From Candidatus Wallbacteria bacterium (GTDB lineage Bacteria > Muiribacteriota > UBA6191 > JACPRK01): a DNA stretch of 64,000 bases. The stretch is taken from contig JACQZN010000129.1 in assembly GCA_016213845.1 (NCBI GenBank), positions 13,268-77,267 on the forward strand, written 5' to 3'. The notes under the pieces are model-generated. The model was given only the letters and a program-made list of their open reading frames with translations, had not been told where the DNA came from and ran no database searches. Of the stretch, positions 9,252 through 18,141 are shown one piece after another; position 1 is the first letter of the stretch, and each line of letters begins with the position of its first letter. Both the position numbers and the translations under genes were made by a program.

Positions 9252-10603
9252 TGGAACTCGTCATAAAGAACGGCGTGCTGGTCGGCCCGGTTTCCCACTA
9301 CGAGGCCGACCTCGGCATCGAAGGCGGCCGCATCGTCCAGATCGCCGAAAAGCTCGATCCCGGCGACGCGGAGGTGCTCGACGCCAACGGCCTGTACGTC
9401 CTCCCCGGGGTCATCGACCTCCATACGCACCTGGGGAGCGGAGCAGCGGACGATTTCGAGTCGGGTACTCGTGCCGCGGCCCGTGGCGGCGTGACCTGCA
9501 TCGTCGACTGCGCGGCCCAGGCTGCCGGGAAGACGATTGCGGAGTCGGTCGAGGCCAGGCGCGCCGAAGCCGCGGGCAAGGCGCTGGTCGACTACGCACT
9601 GCACGCCGCCCCGAGCATCTGGACCGAAGCCGTCCGCCGCGAGATCCGCGAGCTGGTGAACGAGGGGATCACGACCTTCGAAGTCCAGATGGCGCCCGGA
9701 TGCGGGCCGGCGGCGGCCTTCGAGGATGCGGCGCTGCACGACCTGCTACACGAGACGGCGAAGTTCGGAGCGACCGTGATCGCCCGGCCCGGCAATGCCG
9801 GGGTCGCCGCGGCGGTCGCGGCGCAATTGAGGCAAGACGGGCTGGCGGACGCGCGAAAGCTGGGCGAGGTCTTCTCGCCGGCGGCCGAGGCCGAGGGGGT
9901 CCGGCGAGCGGCGGCGCTGGCCGAGATGGTCTCTGGAAACCTGATCGCCGGGCCTATCAGCGGGCGAGATGCGGCCGCGGCTCTGGCCGAGGCGCGGGGC
10001 CGGGGAGTCAGCGTCACGGGGGAAACTTCGCCGCACTACCTGCTCCGCGGGCTGCTGGGCGAGGCCAGGCCCGAGCTGGCCACCTCTCCACCGTTGCGGG
10101 ACCCGTCGGAGTGCGAGGCGCTCTGGCACGCCTTGGCCTGCGGCGAGCTCGAGCTCGTGTCGAGCGGCCACCGCGCACGCCCCCGGGAGCTCCCAGCGGG
10201 CAAGGACGTCCTGGAGGTCGAGACCGGGTTACCCGGGTTGGAGCTGCTGCTTCCGCTGCTGTTCAGCGAGGGAGTCCGGCGCGGCCGACTGACGATGTCG
10301 CGGCTGTCACTGGTCCTGGCTACGCAGCCGGCGATGGTCGCCGGTCTCTTCCCGACGAAGGGCATCCTGCAGGTCGGAAGCGACGCCGACATCGCGCTGC
10401 TCGACCCCGAGAGGGACTGGACCGTCACCGCTGCCGGGCTCGGCACCGCGGCCGGCTGGTCCCCGTACGAGGGCGCGAGTCTCAGGGGCCTGGTGACCGC
10501 CACGATCGTGCGCGGAAAGGTCGTGCGCCTGGGGGAGGAGTTCCGCGTCGGGCCGGGCCACGGCGCCTTCGTTCGCCGCCGGCCTCTCGAAGAGGTCTAC
10601 TGA
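9251..10603 (+). CDS. Dihydropyrimidinase/dihydroorotase-family amidohydrolase homologue with degenerate metal site
   Basis: ATG overlaps the upstream TGA (TGATG). PGVIDLHTH, DDFESGTRAAARGG, ETSPHYL, SPPLR, KG.LQVGSDADI and ATIVRG motifs are present, but the Lys/His/His/Asp ligands are substituted. Confidence 0.85.
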   Translation: MELVIKNGVLVGPVSHYEADLGIEGGRIVQIAEKLDPGDAEVLDANGLYVLPGVIDLHTHLGSGAADDFESGTRAAARGGVTCIVDCAAQAAGKTIAESVEARRAEAAGKALVDYALHAAPSIWTEAVRREIRELVNEGITTFEVQMAPGCGPAAAFEDAALHDLLHETAKFGATVIARPGNAGVAAAVAAQLRQDGLADARKLGEVFSPAAEAEGVRRAAALAEMVSGNLIAGPISGRDAAAALAEARGRGVSVTGETSPHYLLRGLLGEARPELATSPPLRDPSECEALWHALACGELELVSSGHRARPRELPAGKDVLEVETGLPGLELLLPLLFSEGVRRGRLTMSRLSLVLATQPAMVAGLFPTKGILQVGSDADIALLDPERDWTVTAAGLGTAAGWSPYEGASLRGLVTATIVRGKVVRLGEEFRVGPGHGAFVRRRPLEEVY

Positions 10604-10751
10604 GCAGTAAGGGGCGGCCTCGACGCCACCCGCCTCTGGAGGCCTCGAACCGGTCACCTCACCGGACGCTCCGGCCGATGATCGAATTGGAGTCATCGGC
10701 GCTGCCGCGCCGGAAGGGAGTCCTGCCGTCGCTACCCGTGGAGCCCCGAAG

Positions 10752-12218
10752 ATGAGGCCCGCCGCGCTCGGAGCAGCGCTTCTGCTGACTTGCCTCGGAA
10801 TCCTCCCAAGCCGCCTGGACGCCGCGCGCCTCTACCCGGCCCTGGCGGCCGTCACTCCGGGCGTGCAGGCCGAGGTCGACCGGATCCTGGCCGAGGAGCG
10901 TGCAAAACTCAATCGCTCCTCCGAGGCCGGGGGCCCGACGCTTGACGAGGTGCTGCGAGAGCTGGAAGCCGCCGAAGGCTCGGCGGCGGCGCCCGCGGAT
11001 CAGCCCCCCGAGCCCAAGCCCACTCCGCCCGCACCCGAGCGCGTGCTGCTCCAGCAACTGCGCACCGGGTACTCCCAGATCGATCTCGAGGCAGCCAACC
11101 TCACGGTTCCGACCACCCAGGACGCCTTCGTGCAGTACCAGCTCGACTACCGTGCGGTGAAAGACCCGCGAAACGAGCTGGACCTGCTCAATGTGTTGCA
11201 AGCCGGCACGCTGAAGACGGAGAACTTCCTGGACGCCATCTACGTCTACACCCCCGACGAGCGGCTGCGCGTCCGGGCCCGTCAGCGGCTGGAGCTCCAG
11301 AAGAACAGTGCCCAGCGCCTGACCAACGACTACGATCTGAACGCCACCGAGCTCACCTTCGACTACAACTTCCCGGTGCGACTCCGAGCGCTGGTCCGCG
11401 GATTCGTCGAAAACAAGTCCTTCGATCGGGAGGGCGCCTTCAACTTCAACAGCCGGACGAAGCACACGGAGTTTTACCTGGAGCGCCCGTTCATGGCCGG
11501 AACCTACTCCGCCGACCTCATCAACGAGGCCCAGTACTTCGACAGCGATCCGGCCAGCAACTTCAAGCGCCAGACTCTGAACGTCTCGGCGCGGGGCAAC
11601 CTGTCCAGGCGGTTCGACGCCGAGGCGCGTTACGTGCGCCAGCGCCACGACCGCAACCTGGCCGGAGAGGTCCTCGACTACGACGACGGGCTCTGGATCT
11701 TCCTGGTCGACTACCGTATGACGGAGAAGCTGATCCTGCGCGCCGAGCGCGACCTCGAGGACAAGGTCTTCGAAGTTCCCGACGACATCAACTTCAACTT
11801 CCGGCGCCGGCTCTGGCGGCCCTCGCTGACGTATCTGCCGAGCCAGGCGCTCACACTCATACTCGATGCCTCTTTCGAATCCAAGAGACACTTCGACGTC
11901 GACGCGCAGGACCTGATCCTGGAGCGCGACGAGGACTTCGACACGACCGGCGCCACGCTGACGGCGACCTACGTCCGAGACAAGCTCTTCGTCACCGCTT
12001 CACTGGGCGCCTTCGCGCACGACCACATCCTGCCAGACACGGCGCTGCAGGCCGACTTCGTCAGCCGCGAGCTGAGCGGCTCGGCCACCTACAACTTCAG
12101 TGCAGCCAAGTCGCTCAGCCTCTCCTACAGCCGCACTGAAGACAGCTTCGAGAGCCTCGCCTCCACGAACGACAGCGCCAGCACGATCTTGACGGGAGAT
12201 CTCACGTACAGGTTTTAG
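10752..12218 (+). CDS. Outer-membrane beta-barrel protein of unknown family
   Basis: Signal peptide, Pro/Ala linker, alternating aromatic beta-strands, C-terminal BAM-type signal GDLTYRF. Confidence 0.75.
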   Translation: MRPAALGAALLLTCLGILPSRLDAARLYPALAAVTPGVQAEVDRILAEERAKLNRSSEAGGPTLDEVLRELEAAEGSAAAPADQPPEPKPTPPAPERVLLQQLRTGYSQIDLEAANLTVPTTQDAFVQYQLDYRAVKDPRNELDLLNVLQAGTLKTENFLDAIYVYTPDERLRVRARQRLELQKNSAQRLTNDYDLNATELTFDYNFPVRLRALVRGFVENKSFDREGAFNFNSRTKHTEFYLERPFMAGTYSADLINEAQYFDSDPASNFKRQTLNVSARGNLSRRFDAEARYVRQRHDRNLAGEVLDYDDGLWIFLVDYRMTEKLILRAERDLEDKVFEVPDDINFNFRRRLWRPSLTYLPSQALTLILDASFESKRHFDVDAQDLILERDEDFDTTGATLTATYVRDKLFVTASLGAFAHDHILPDTALQADFVSRELSGSATYNFSAAKSLSLSYSRTEDSFESLASTNDSASTILTGDLTYRF

Positions 12219-12281
12219 GCTCGAGGCTTGAGGCTTGAGGCTCGAGGCTCGAGGGGTGAGGCTCGAGGGGTGAGGCTCGAG
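12219..12281. repeat. Nine tandem 7-bp units (GCTCGAG / GCTTGAG / GGGTGAG)
   Basis: Read directly: GCTCGAG, GCTTGAG, GCTTGAG, GCTCGAG, GCTCGAG, GGGTGAG, GCTCGAG, GGGTGAG, GCTCGAG, starting right after the stop codon. Confidence 0.9.
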
Positions 12282-12388
12282 GGGGCTGACGGGGGCGCGC
12301 CCCGATTCCGCTCACCCGACCGCGCAGCGGTCGGGTCGAAGGGCCCCTGCCCGAGGCCTGCCCTCGGCCTACTCGCTACTGCCTTCCC

Positions 12389-13921
12389 TCACAGGCTCGT
12401 GCGGATCGCAAGGCCGAAGTCGCCAAAGCCGTCGGTGAACAGGCGGTGGGCGAAGACGTCGATGGTAGCGAAGCGGAACGCAGAGCGGACTCCGAGATCG
12501 AAAGAGAAGTGTCCGGTGTCGGAGACGGCGCCGAAACGCCCGACCCGAGCAGTGTCGAGCTGGTTGAAGACCAGCTCGCCCAGCAGCCTCAGCCGCTCGG
12601 AGAGCCTGTAATCGACCCCTGCGCCCGCCTTGAAGAGCGTGTTGTCGGGCGAGCCGGCGGGAACGTCCAGCGGCGACCAGGCGAGCGCCAGGTGCCACGA
12701 GGAAGTCTCGCCGCCCGGATGCGATATGGCGAAGTGGAAGTCTCTGAGCCTCTCGAAGTCGTCCGGGAGGTAGTACTGGCGATCCGCGTCCTGGATGATC
12801 GAGAAGTCGGCGCCCACGGCCATGTGGAAGAGCTTCTCGTAGTAGGGAAGACGGTAGCGCAGGCCGAAGGACGCCGCGCCCTGCTCGGAGGAGAGCGCTG
12901 AGAAGCCGCCCGTGTTCGGAGCGGAGAGATCGAGCGTCGTGTAGTAGGGGCGGACTCGCGCTTCCAGCCGGCTCGTCAAGCCGATCCTGAAGTCGAACTC
13001 CTGGACCCGCTGCGAGACGCTGGTGACATTGGAGTACTGGCCGCGGCCCAGCTCCCGGAACCGCGTCTGGGCGTGCGCCAGGACCTTGTGCTTGGGAGCG
13101 ATCCGAGCAGTCGGCAGCTCCATCAGGTCCGCCAGGACCAGCGGCGGCACGTACTCGGGCGGCACCGCAACCTGGGGCGCCGGCAGCTGCATGCGCTCCC
13201 ACGGCCGGCCCGGCTCCTCGCCCTTGAGAGCATCGAGCTCTGCCCTTTCCTTGCGCAGCGCTTCTTCCTCCAGGCGTCTCGCATCGACGACCTTGCCGTC
13301 GGTCTTGCCCGACCGGCCGCGCGCGGGTGACTGCTTGCGAGGCCTGCCCGCCACTTCGTCGAGCAACTCCAGCGGAGCGCCTTCCTCCTTCGACTCCGAA
13401 ATCTTTTCGGAAAGAGCTGCGCCCGGCACGGGGACGGTGGGGCGCACGGCCGGCCCCGAAGCCGGTGGTGGGCGCGAAACGGCACGTCGCGCGGCCGGGA
13501 CGGCACGTGCGCGAAGGCCCCCCAGGTCCACCGCGCGACGCGTCAAGACCTTGCCGTCCGCTCGCGCGGCAAACGTGGAATCGTTGGTGAGCTGGAACCC
13601 GGGCGCGTGGAGCTCCACATTGGACGCCGCCAGATTCTTCACGGTCTCCAGAACGTCCAGCGCAGCTTGCTCGCTCATCCCTGGCGTGTCGACCTCGACG
13701 CTCATGCGGACCCGGCGGTCCTCCATCGCAACGCGCACACGCGCGTCCGGGAAGGTCTCAGCCAGGTCGCCCAGCAGCGCCCGGCGCACCCGCTCCGAAA
13801 AGTCGCGGTCCGAGAGGCTCCCGCGCCCGAACGCCTCCCGGCTCTGAGCGAGCGCCAGCGCAGGCGTCAGAGCGGCGATCACCGCGGAAGCTAGCAAGAA
13901 GGCTCGGATGGACATGCGCAT
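12389..13921 (-). CDS. Exported protein with BON-like N-terminal domain and YjbH-like C-terminal beta-barrel
   Basis: Signal peptide MRMSIRAFLLASAVIAALTPALALA (start 13921 or 13915); LMELPTARIA motif ahead of amphipathic beta-strands. Confidence 0.65.
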   Translation of the reverse strand: MRMSIRAFLLASAVIAALTPALALAQSREAFGRGSLSDRDFSERVRRALLGDLAETFPDARVRVAMEDRRVRMSVEVDTPGMSEQAALDVLETVKNLAASNVELHAPGFQLTNDSTFAARADGKVLTRRAVDLGGLRARAVPAARRAVSRPPPASGPAVRPTVPVPGAALSEKISESKEEGAPLELLDEVAGRPRKQSPARGRSGKTDGKVVDARRLEEEALRKERAELDALKGEEPGRPWERMQLPAPQVAVPPEYVPPLVLADLMELPTARIAPKHKVLAHAQTRFRELGRGQYSNVTSVSQRVQEFDFRIGLTSRLEARVRPYYTTLDLSAPNTGGFSALSSEQGAASFGLRYRLPYYEKLFHMAVGADFSIIQDADRQYYLPDDFERLRDFHFAISHPGGETSSWHLALAWSPLDVPAGSPDNTLFKAGAGVDYRLSERLRLLGELVFNQLDTARVGRFGAVSDTGHFSFDLGVRSAFRFATIDVFAHRLFTDGFGDFGLAIRTSL

Positions 13922-14094
13922 GACGGTCCGCGCGATCGACACGGACCCGGTTTCCTTATCGGACGGAGCGCCGGCGAAGAAGAGGCGGATGATGGGAAGT
14001 TGGGCGAGAGTAGTCAGTAGCCAGTAGGGGTAGTGCGCACGCCGACTTCGTAGGCCTGGCCTGCCACGCCCTCCGAAATCCACTCGAAGCATGA

Positions 14095-14148
14095 CCCCTG
14101 CCCCTGCCCCAGCCCCTGCCCCAGCCCCTGCCCCTGCCCCTGCCCCTG
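14095..14148. repeat. Nine tandem 6-bp units CCCCTG/CCCCAG
   Basis: Read directly; intergenic, downstream of the ABC ATPase. Confidence 0.9.
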
Positions 14149-14203
14149 CCCTCCCGCACTCCGACCAGGCCGCGCTGCGGCCGTGCGGCGCACCCCCGCC
14201 TCC

Positions 14204-14977
14204 CTACTCTGGCACGACCTCGTCAGTGCCCTCGGTGAGCTTCAGGAAGATGTCCTCGAGATCGCCCGAAGGCGATTCGGACATGCGCCTCAGGTCGTCC
14301 ACGCTTCCGAGCGCTCGCAATCGGCCGGCCTGGATGATCCCAACTCGGTCGCAGAGCGTTTCGGCGATGGCCAGAGTGTGTGTGCTCAGGAACACGGTGA
14401 CCCCCTTCTTGCAGAGGGAGCGGAACAGATCCTTCAGCGTCCGGGCGCTCTTCGGGTCGAGCCCGACCATCGGTTCGTCGACCACGAAGATCTCGGGCTT
14501 GTGGAGCAGAACCGAGCTGATGACGAGTTTCTGCTTCATGCCGTGCGAGTACCCCTCGATCAGCTCGTCGGCCACGGCCAGCAGGTCGAACATCTCCAGG
14601 TACTGTTGCCCTTCCCGCTGCACGTAGGACTTGTCCAGCCCGTACAGTCCGCCCATGAAGTGCATGAACTCGATCCCGGTCAGCTTGTCGTACAGGAACG
14701 GCCTGTCGGCGACGTATCCCGTGATCTTCTTGACGCTCACCGGGTCCTTCTGGATGTCGAAGCCCTTCATGAGGACCTGGCCGGAGGTCGGCGTGAGCAG
14801 GCCGTTCAGGATCTTGATGGTGGTCGTCTTTCCCGCGCCGTTGGGCCCCAGGAAACCGAAGAGCTCCCCCCGGGGGACGTCGAGATTGAGCTCGCTGACG
14901 GCCAGCGTCTTTCCATAGCGCTTGGACAGCCCCTTGATGGCGATCACGGGGTCGGCGCCGCTTCGAGGTTCAGCCAC
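14204..14977 (-). CDS. ABC transporter ATP-binding subunit (ABC-2 exporter type)
   Basis: GPNGAGKT, YSHGMKQK signature, VVDEP, STH. Confidence 0.93.
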   Translation of the reverse strand: MAEPRSGADPVIAIKGLSKRYGKTLAVSELNLDVPRGELFGFLGPNGAGKTTTIKILNGLLTPTSGQVLMKGFDIQKDPVSVKKITGYVADRPFLYDKLTGIEFMHFMGGLYGLDKSYVQREGQQYLEMFDLLAVADELIEGYSHGMKQKLVISSVLLHKPEIFVVDEPMVGLDPKSARTLKDLFRSLCKKGVTVFLSTHTLAIAETLCDRVGIIQAGRLRALGSVDDLRRMSESPSGDLEDIFLKLTEGTDEVVPE

Positions 14978-16709
14978 CGGTCTCCTCCAGGTACCTCAGA
15001 ATCTGGGCGCTCTTCTTGAGCGGCCAGATCCAGAGAAACACCCCCAAGGCCACGGACAGGACGAGGCTGCCTATGAGCGCCGCCGTCTGCAGCGCCCCGG
15101 CCCGCCAGATGAGGAAAGGACCGAAGACGTAGAAGTAGACGTACATCGGGTAGGCCTGCAGACAAAGGAACACGACCACGAAAGCCATACACGCGACCAT
15201 GAAGACCATCCCGCCGAAGCCGGACGGAATCTGAGCGAAGTTCTCGGCTTTGAAGTTCCGGTAGTAGGACCCGAACCCGATGGCCATGGCCGACACCGCC
15301 AGCGTCACGATGACGGCGTCCGCCAGCGAGAGCCAGAAGATTGCGGACCGCACTCCCAGGAGCCCATTGGAGACGACGACCAGGACCAGGGCGATCGCCA
15401 GGAGCGGTACGAAGTTCATCCAGAACTTGATGCGCAGGTAACGTTCCAGGGCCAGCGGCGACGCGTGGATCCGGTAGAACACCGTTCCCTCCATGCTGAC
15501 GGCCGGGTAGCCGAACCGCAGGGCGCACGCCACGATGATGAAGGCGACGAAGCCGATGTTGAGAAAACAGAGCAGGTCGGGGAATAGCGGGTGGATGTAG
15601 CCCAGCTCCGACAGCGGTAGCAGGTAGACGTTGTAGATGTAGATCGCCACGATCACCAGCATCAGCAGGAACTGCGTCCAGAGCACGGGCGAGCGCACGA
15701 AGACCTTGATGTCCTTCTCGACCAGGGCCCTTGATTCCACCGGTAGCCTGGCCAGGAGCCGCTCGATGATGCCCAGGCTCTGCAGGCCCCCCTTGCGGCC
15801 GCGTTCTCCGGACTCCTGGAACTTGAGCCAGCCCTCGAAGTGCACCTTCGATGCCAGCCACCAGGTGAACAGGAAAGTGACGAGCGCCCCGCCAAAGAGC
15901 TTGAGCGAGTCGACCCAGACCCGCGAGATGTCTAACCCCATCGCCTCCAGCAGCGCGTTGGCCGTCCATGCGCTCGGGAAGTACTCGATGCGGGGGTTGT
16001 GGAGGCTGAGCAGGAAGTTCGTGAAGCTCTTGAACTTCTCGGGCCGCATGAGTTGCTCGGGGCGAAGCATCCGCAGGAAGAGCACGAGCAACCCGATGGC
16101 GATGGCGCCCAGGAAGCGCAGCATGTTGCGCGTCTGGTGCACCGGCAGCACGCGCGCCAGCAGGAGAGAGATGCAGATACCGGCCGAGGCGCTGAACATG
16201 CAGTAGGGCACGAGCGGAACCCAGCAGACCAGGTAGAAGTACCCCGGGGACTGGTAGGTCCTTCCGTAGGCCAAAGACAGCGTCAGCAACATCGAGAAGA
16301 CCATCCACGAGCTTATGAACGTGGTCTCGACGTACTTGGCGATGAAGACCTTCCAGTAAGCGACGGGGCTGGCAAAGATCACGTCCAGCTCGTCAGAGCC
16401 GTAGAAGGTCGACAGGGAAGCGATCACGTTTGAGAAGACGAGCATCAGCAGCAGGCTGAAAAGCGTCATCGAGAGCAGGTATCGCTTCAGCAGCGGCCCG
16501 ATGATCGTGACCCCGTCGATGCGCGTCAGCAGGCGGAACGCCCCGTAATAGAGACAGAAGGCGACTGCCAGGGCGATGGCGGCGAAGAGGACAACGCTCT
16601 TCCAGTCCTGGCTCAGGACGAAGTTCCGCGCGATCTGCAACTTTGGCCGCAACAGCATGAGCGCCCCCTGGGGGCGCCCCTGTGGCGGCAGGTCTTCCCG
16701 CTCGCTCAT
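14970..16709 (-). CDS. ABC-2-type exporter permease (about 12-14 TM)
   Basis: Polytopic membrane protein overlapping the ATPase start; DELDVIFASPV and ALVEKDIKVFVRSP repeats typical of duplicated permeases. Start inferred at ATG 16709. Confidence 0.8.
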   Translation of the reverse strand: MSEREDLPPQGRPQGALMLLRPKLQIARNFVLSQDWKSVVLFAAIALAVAFCLYYGAFRLLTRIDGVTIIGPLLKRYLLSMTLFSLLLMLVFSNVIASLSTFYGSDELDVIFASPVAYWKVFIAKYVETTFISSWMVFSMLLTLSLAYGRTYQSPGYFYLVCWVPLVPYCMFSASAGICISLLLARVLPVHQTRNMLRFLGAIAIGLLVLFLRMLRPEQLMRPEKFKSFTNFLLSLHNPRIEYFPSAWTANALLEAMGLDISRVWVDSLKLFGGALVTFLFTWWLASKVHFEGWLKFQESGERGRKGGLQSLGIIERLLARLPVESRALVEKDIKVFVRSPVLWTQFLLMLVIVAIYIYNVYLLPLSELGYIHPLFPDLLCFLNIGFVAFIIVACALRFGYPAVSMEGTVFYRIHASPLALERYLRIKFWMNFVPLLAIALVLVVVSNGLLGVRSAIFWLSLADAVIVTLAVSAMAIGFGSYYRNFKAENFAQIPSGFGGMVFMVACMAFVVVFLCLQAYPMYVYFYVFGPFLIWRAGALQTAALIGSLVLSVALGVFLWIWPLKKSAQILRYLEETGG

Positions 16710-16770
16710 CGGCTGACAAAGGTACCACAGCCCGCCCGCGACGGCCGGTCCCGCTCTGCGGGCCAGCACC

Positions 16771-16799
16771 TTGACACTCGAACCGGGGTGCGCTAAGCT
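16771..16799 (+). promoter_or_regulatory. sigma70-type promoter for the methyltransferase
   Basis: TTGACA (16771-16776), 17 bp spacer, TAAGCT (16794-16799). Confidence 0.7.
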
Positions 16800-16851
16800 C
16801 CGCCGCTCCCCAGGGCGCGCCGGCCTCCCCGCGCCGATCGGGTCGTGAACC

Positions 16852-17916
16852 ATGCGCGCCAGGCTCCTCGACTTTCTCTGCTGTCCCGGCTGCAGGGCGC
16901 CTTTTCGCCTCGAGGAGCAGGCCCGTGAGGACGACGAGATCCTCGAGGGCGAGCTGGTCTGTACCGGTTGCGCGGCGAAGTACCCGGTCACAGGCGGCGT
17001 GCCCCGGATCTTGCCGGCTCAGATGCGCAAGGACACCGAGCAATCGGCCCTCAATTTCGGGGGCTCGTGGGAGCGCTTCGGCAGCCTGAAGGAGGCGTAC
17101 CGCAATCAGTTCCTCGACTGGATCCGGTTCCATTCGCTCGACGAGGAGTTCTTCCGCGGCAAGGTGATCCTGGACTTCGGTTGCGGCAAGGGCCGTCACT
17201 CCTATCTGGCGAGCAGGTTCGGCGCCAAGGAAGTGATCGGTATCGACGTCAGCTCGGCCGTGGACGTCGCCTACCGCAACACGCGCCACCTGCGCAGCGT
17301 CCACATCATTCAAACGGACATCTACGCGCTGCCGCTGAGGAGCGCCTCGTTCGACTACGTCTTCAGCATCGGCGTGCTGCACCACCTGCCGTTTCCGGAG
17401 CAAGGCTTTCGGATTACGCTGTCGATGGTCAGACCGGGCGGCAGCATCAGCATCTGGGTCTACGGCCGGGAGAACAACGGGTGGATCATCTACTTCATCA
17501 ATCCAATCCGGATGCTCACCAGCCGCATGCCGCTGACGCTGCTCTACTGGTTGAGCGTCCCGCTGGCCCTCTTTCTGCACGCCCTGCTCCAGCTCGTCTA
17601 CCAGCCCGTCGACGACCTGCTGCCGCGGCTCGGAAAACACCTCTTCTACCGGGACTATCTGCTCTACATCAGCCAGTTCAACTTCAACGAGATCCACCAC
17701 ATCATCGTCGATCACCTGACGGCGCCGATTGCCTACTACTTGCGCCGCGACGAGGTGGAGGGTTGGTTCCACCGCGCCGGAGTACGTCAGGTGTTGCTTC
17801 GCTGGCACAATGCAAATAGCTGGAGCGCTCTGTGCACCGACGTGCAGCTGAGCCCCGAACAACTGCTGCACAGCGCCGAGATCCAGGCCGACTCCAAGAA
17901 CCAGCTCCCGGCCTAG
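16852..17916 (+). CDS. Trm112-like zinc-ribbon domain fused to a class I SAM-dependent methyltransferase
   Basis: LLDFLCCPGC...LVCTGCAAKYPVTGGVP; motif I LDFGCGKG, GIDVS, FDYVFSIGVLHH. Confidence 0.85.
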   Translation: MRARLLDFLCCPGCRAPFRLEEQAREDDEILEGELVCTGCAAKYPVTGGVPRILPAQMRKDTEQSALNFGGSWERFGSLKEAYRNQFLDWIRFHSLDEEFFRGKVILDFGCGKGRHSYLASRFGAKEVIGIDVSSAVDVAYRNTRHLRSVHIIQTDIYALPLRSASFDYVFSIGVLHHLPFPEQGFRITLSMVRPGGSISIWVYGRENNGWIIYFINPIRMLTSRMPLTLLYWLSVPLALFLHALLQLVYQPVDDLLPRLGKHLFYRDYLLYISQFNFNEIHHIIVDHLTAPIAYYLRRDEVEGWFHRAGVRQVLLRWHNANSWSALCTDVQLSPEQLLHSAEIQADSKNQLPA

Positions 17917-18141
17917 TGGGCCGGCTCAGCGCACGGCGAAGAGCAGACACCGGGGACTCATCGCGAGCTGCAGGCCCGCGCTCGACATCATGTCTGCGCC
18001 CCGTTCTTGAGCCTGAGCTACAGGGCGAAGTCAGGAGCCCGGTGGATCTCAACGCCGTGAGATTCGAAGTTGCCTCCGCCGGCGGGGCGCTTGAACTGGT
18101 TTCGGCGCAGTGATACTGTTGAATCCCTGACCGAAACACCG

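Noticed and set aside
12219-12281. Possible CRISPR array
   Set aside because: Units are 7 bp, abutting, with no spacers, and no cas genes are in the window.
14091-14627. ORF beginning MTPAPAPAPAPA
   Set aside because: It comes from the hexamer repeat and runs antisense through the ABC ATPase.
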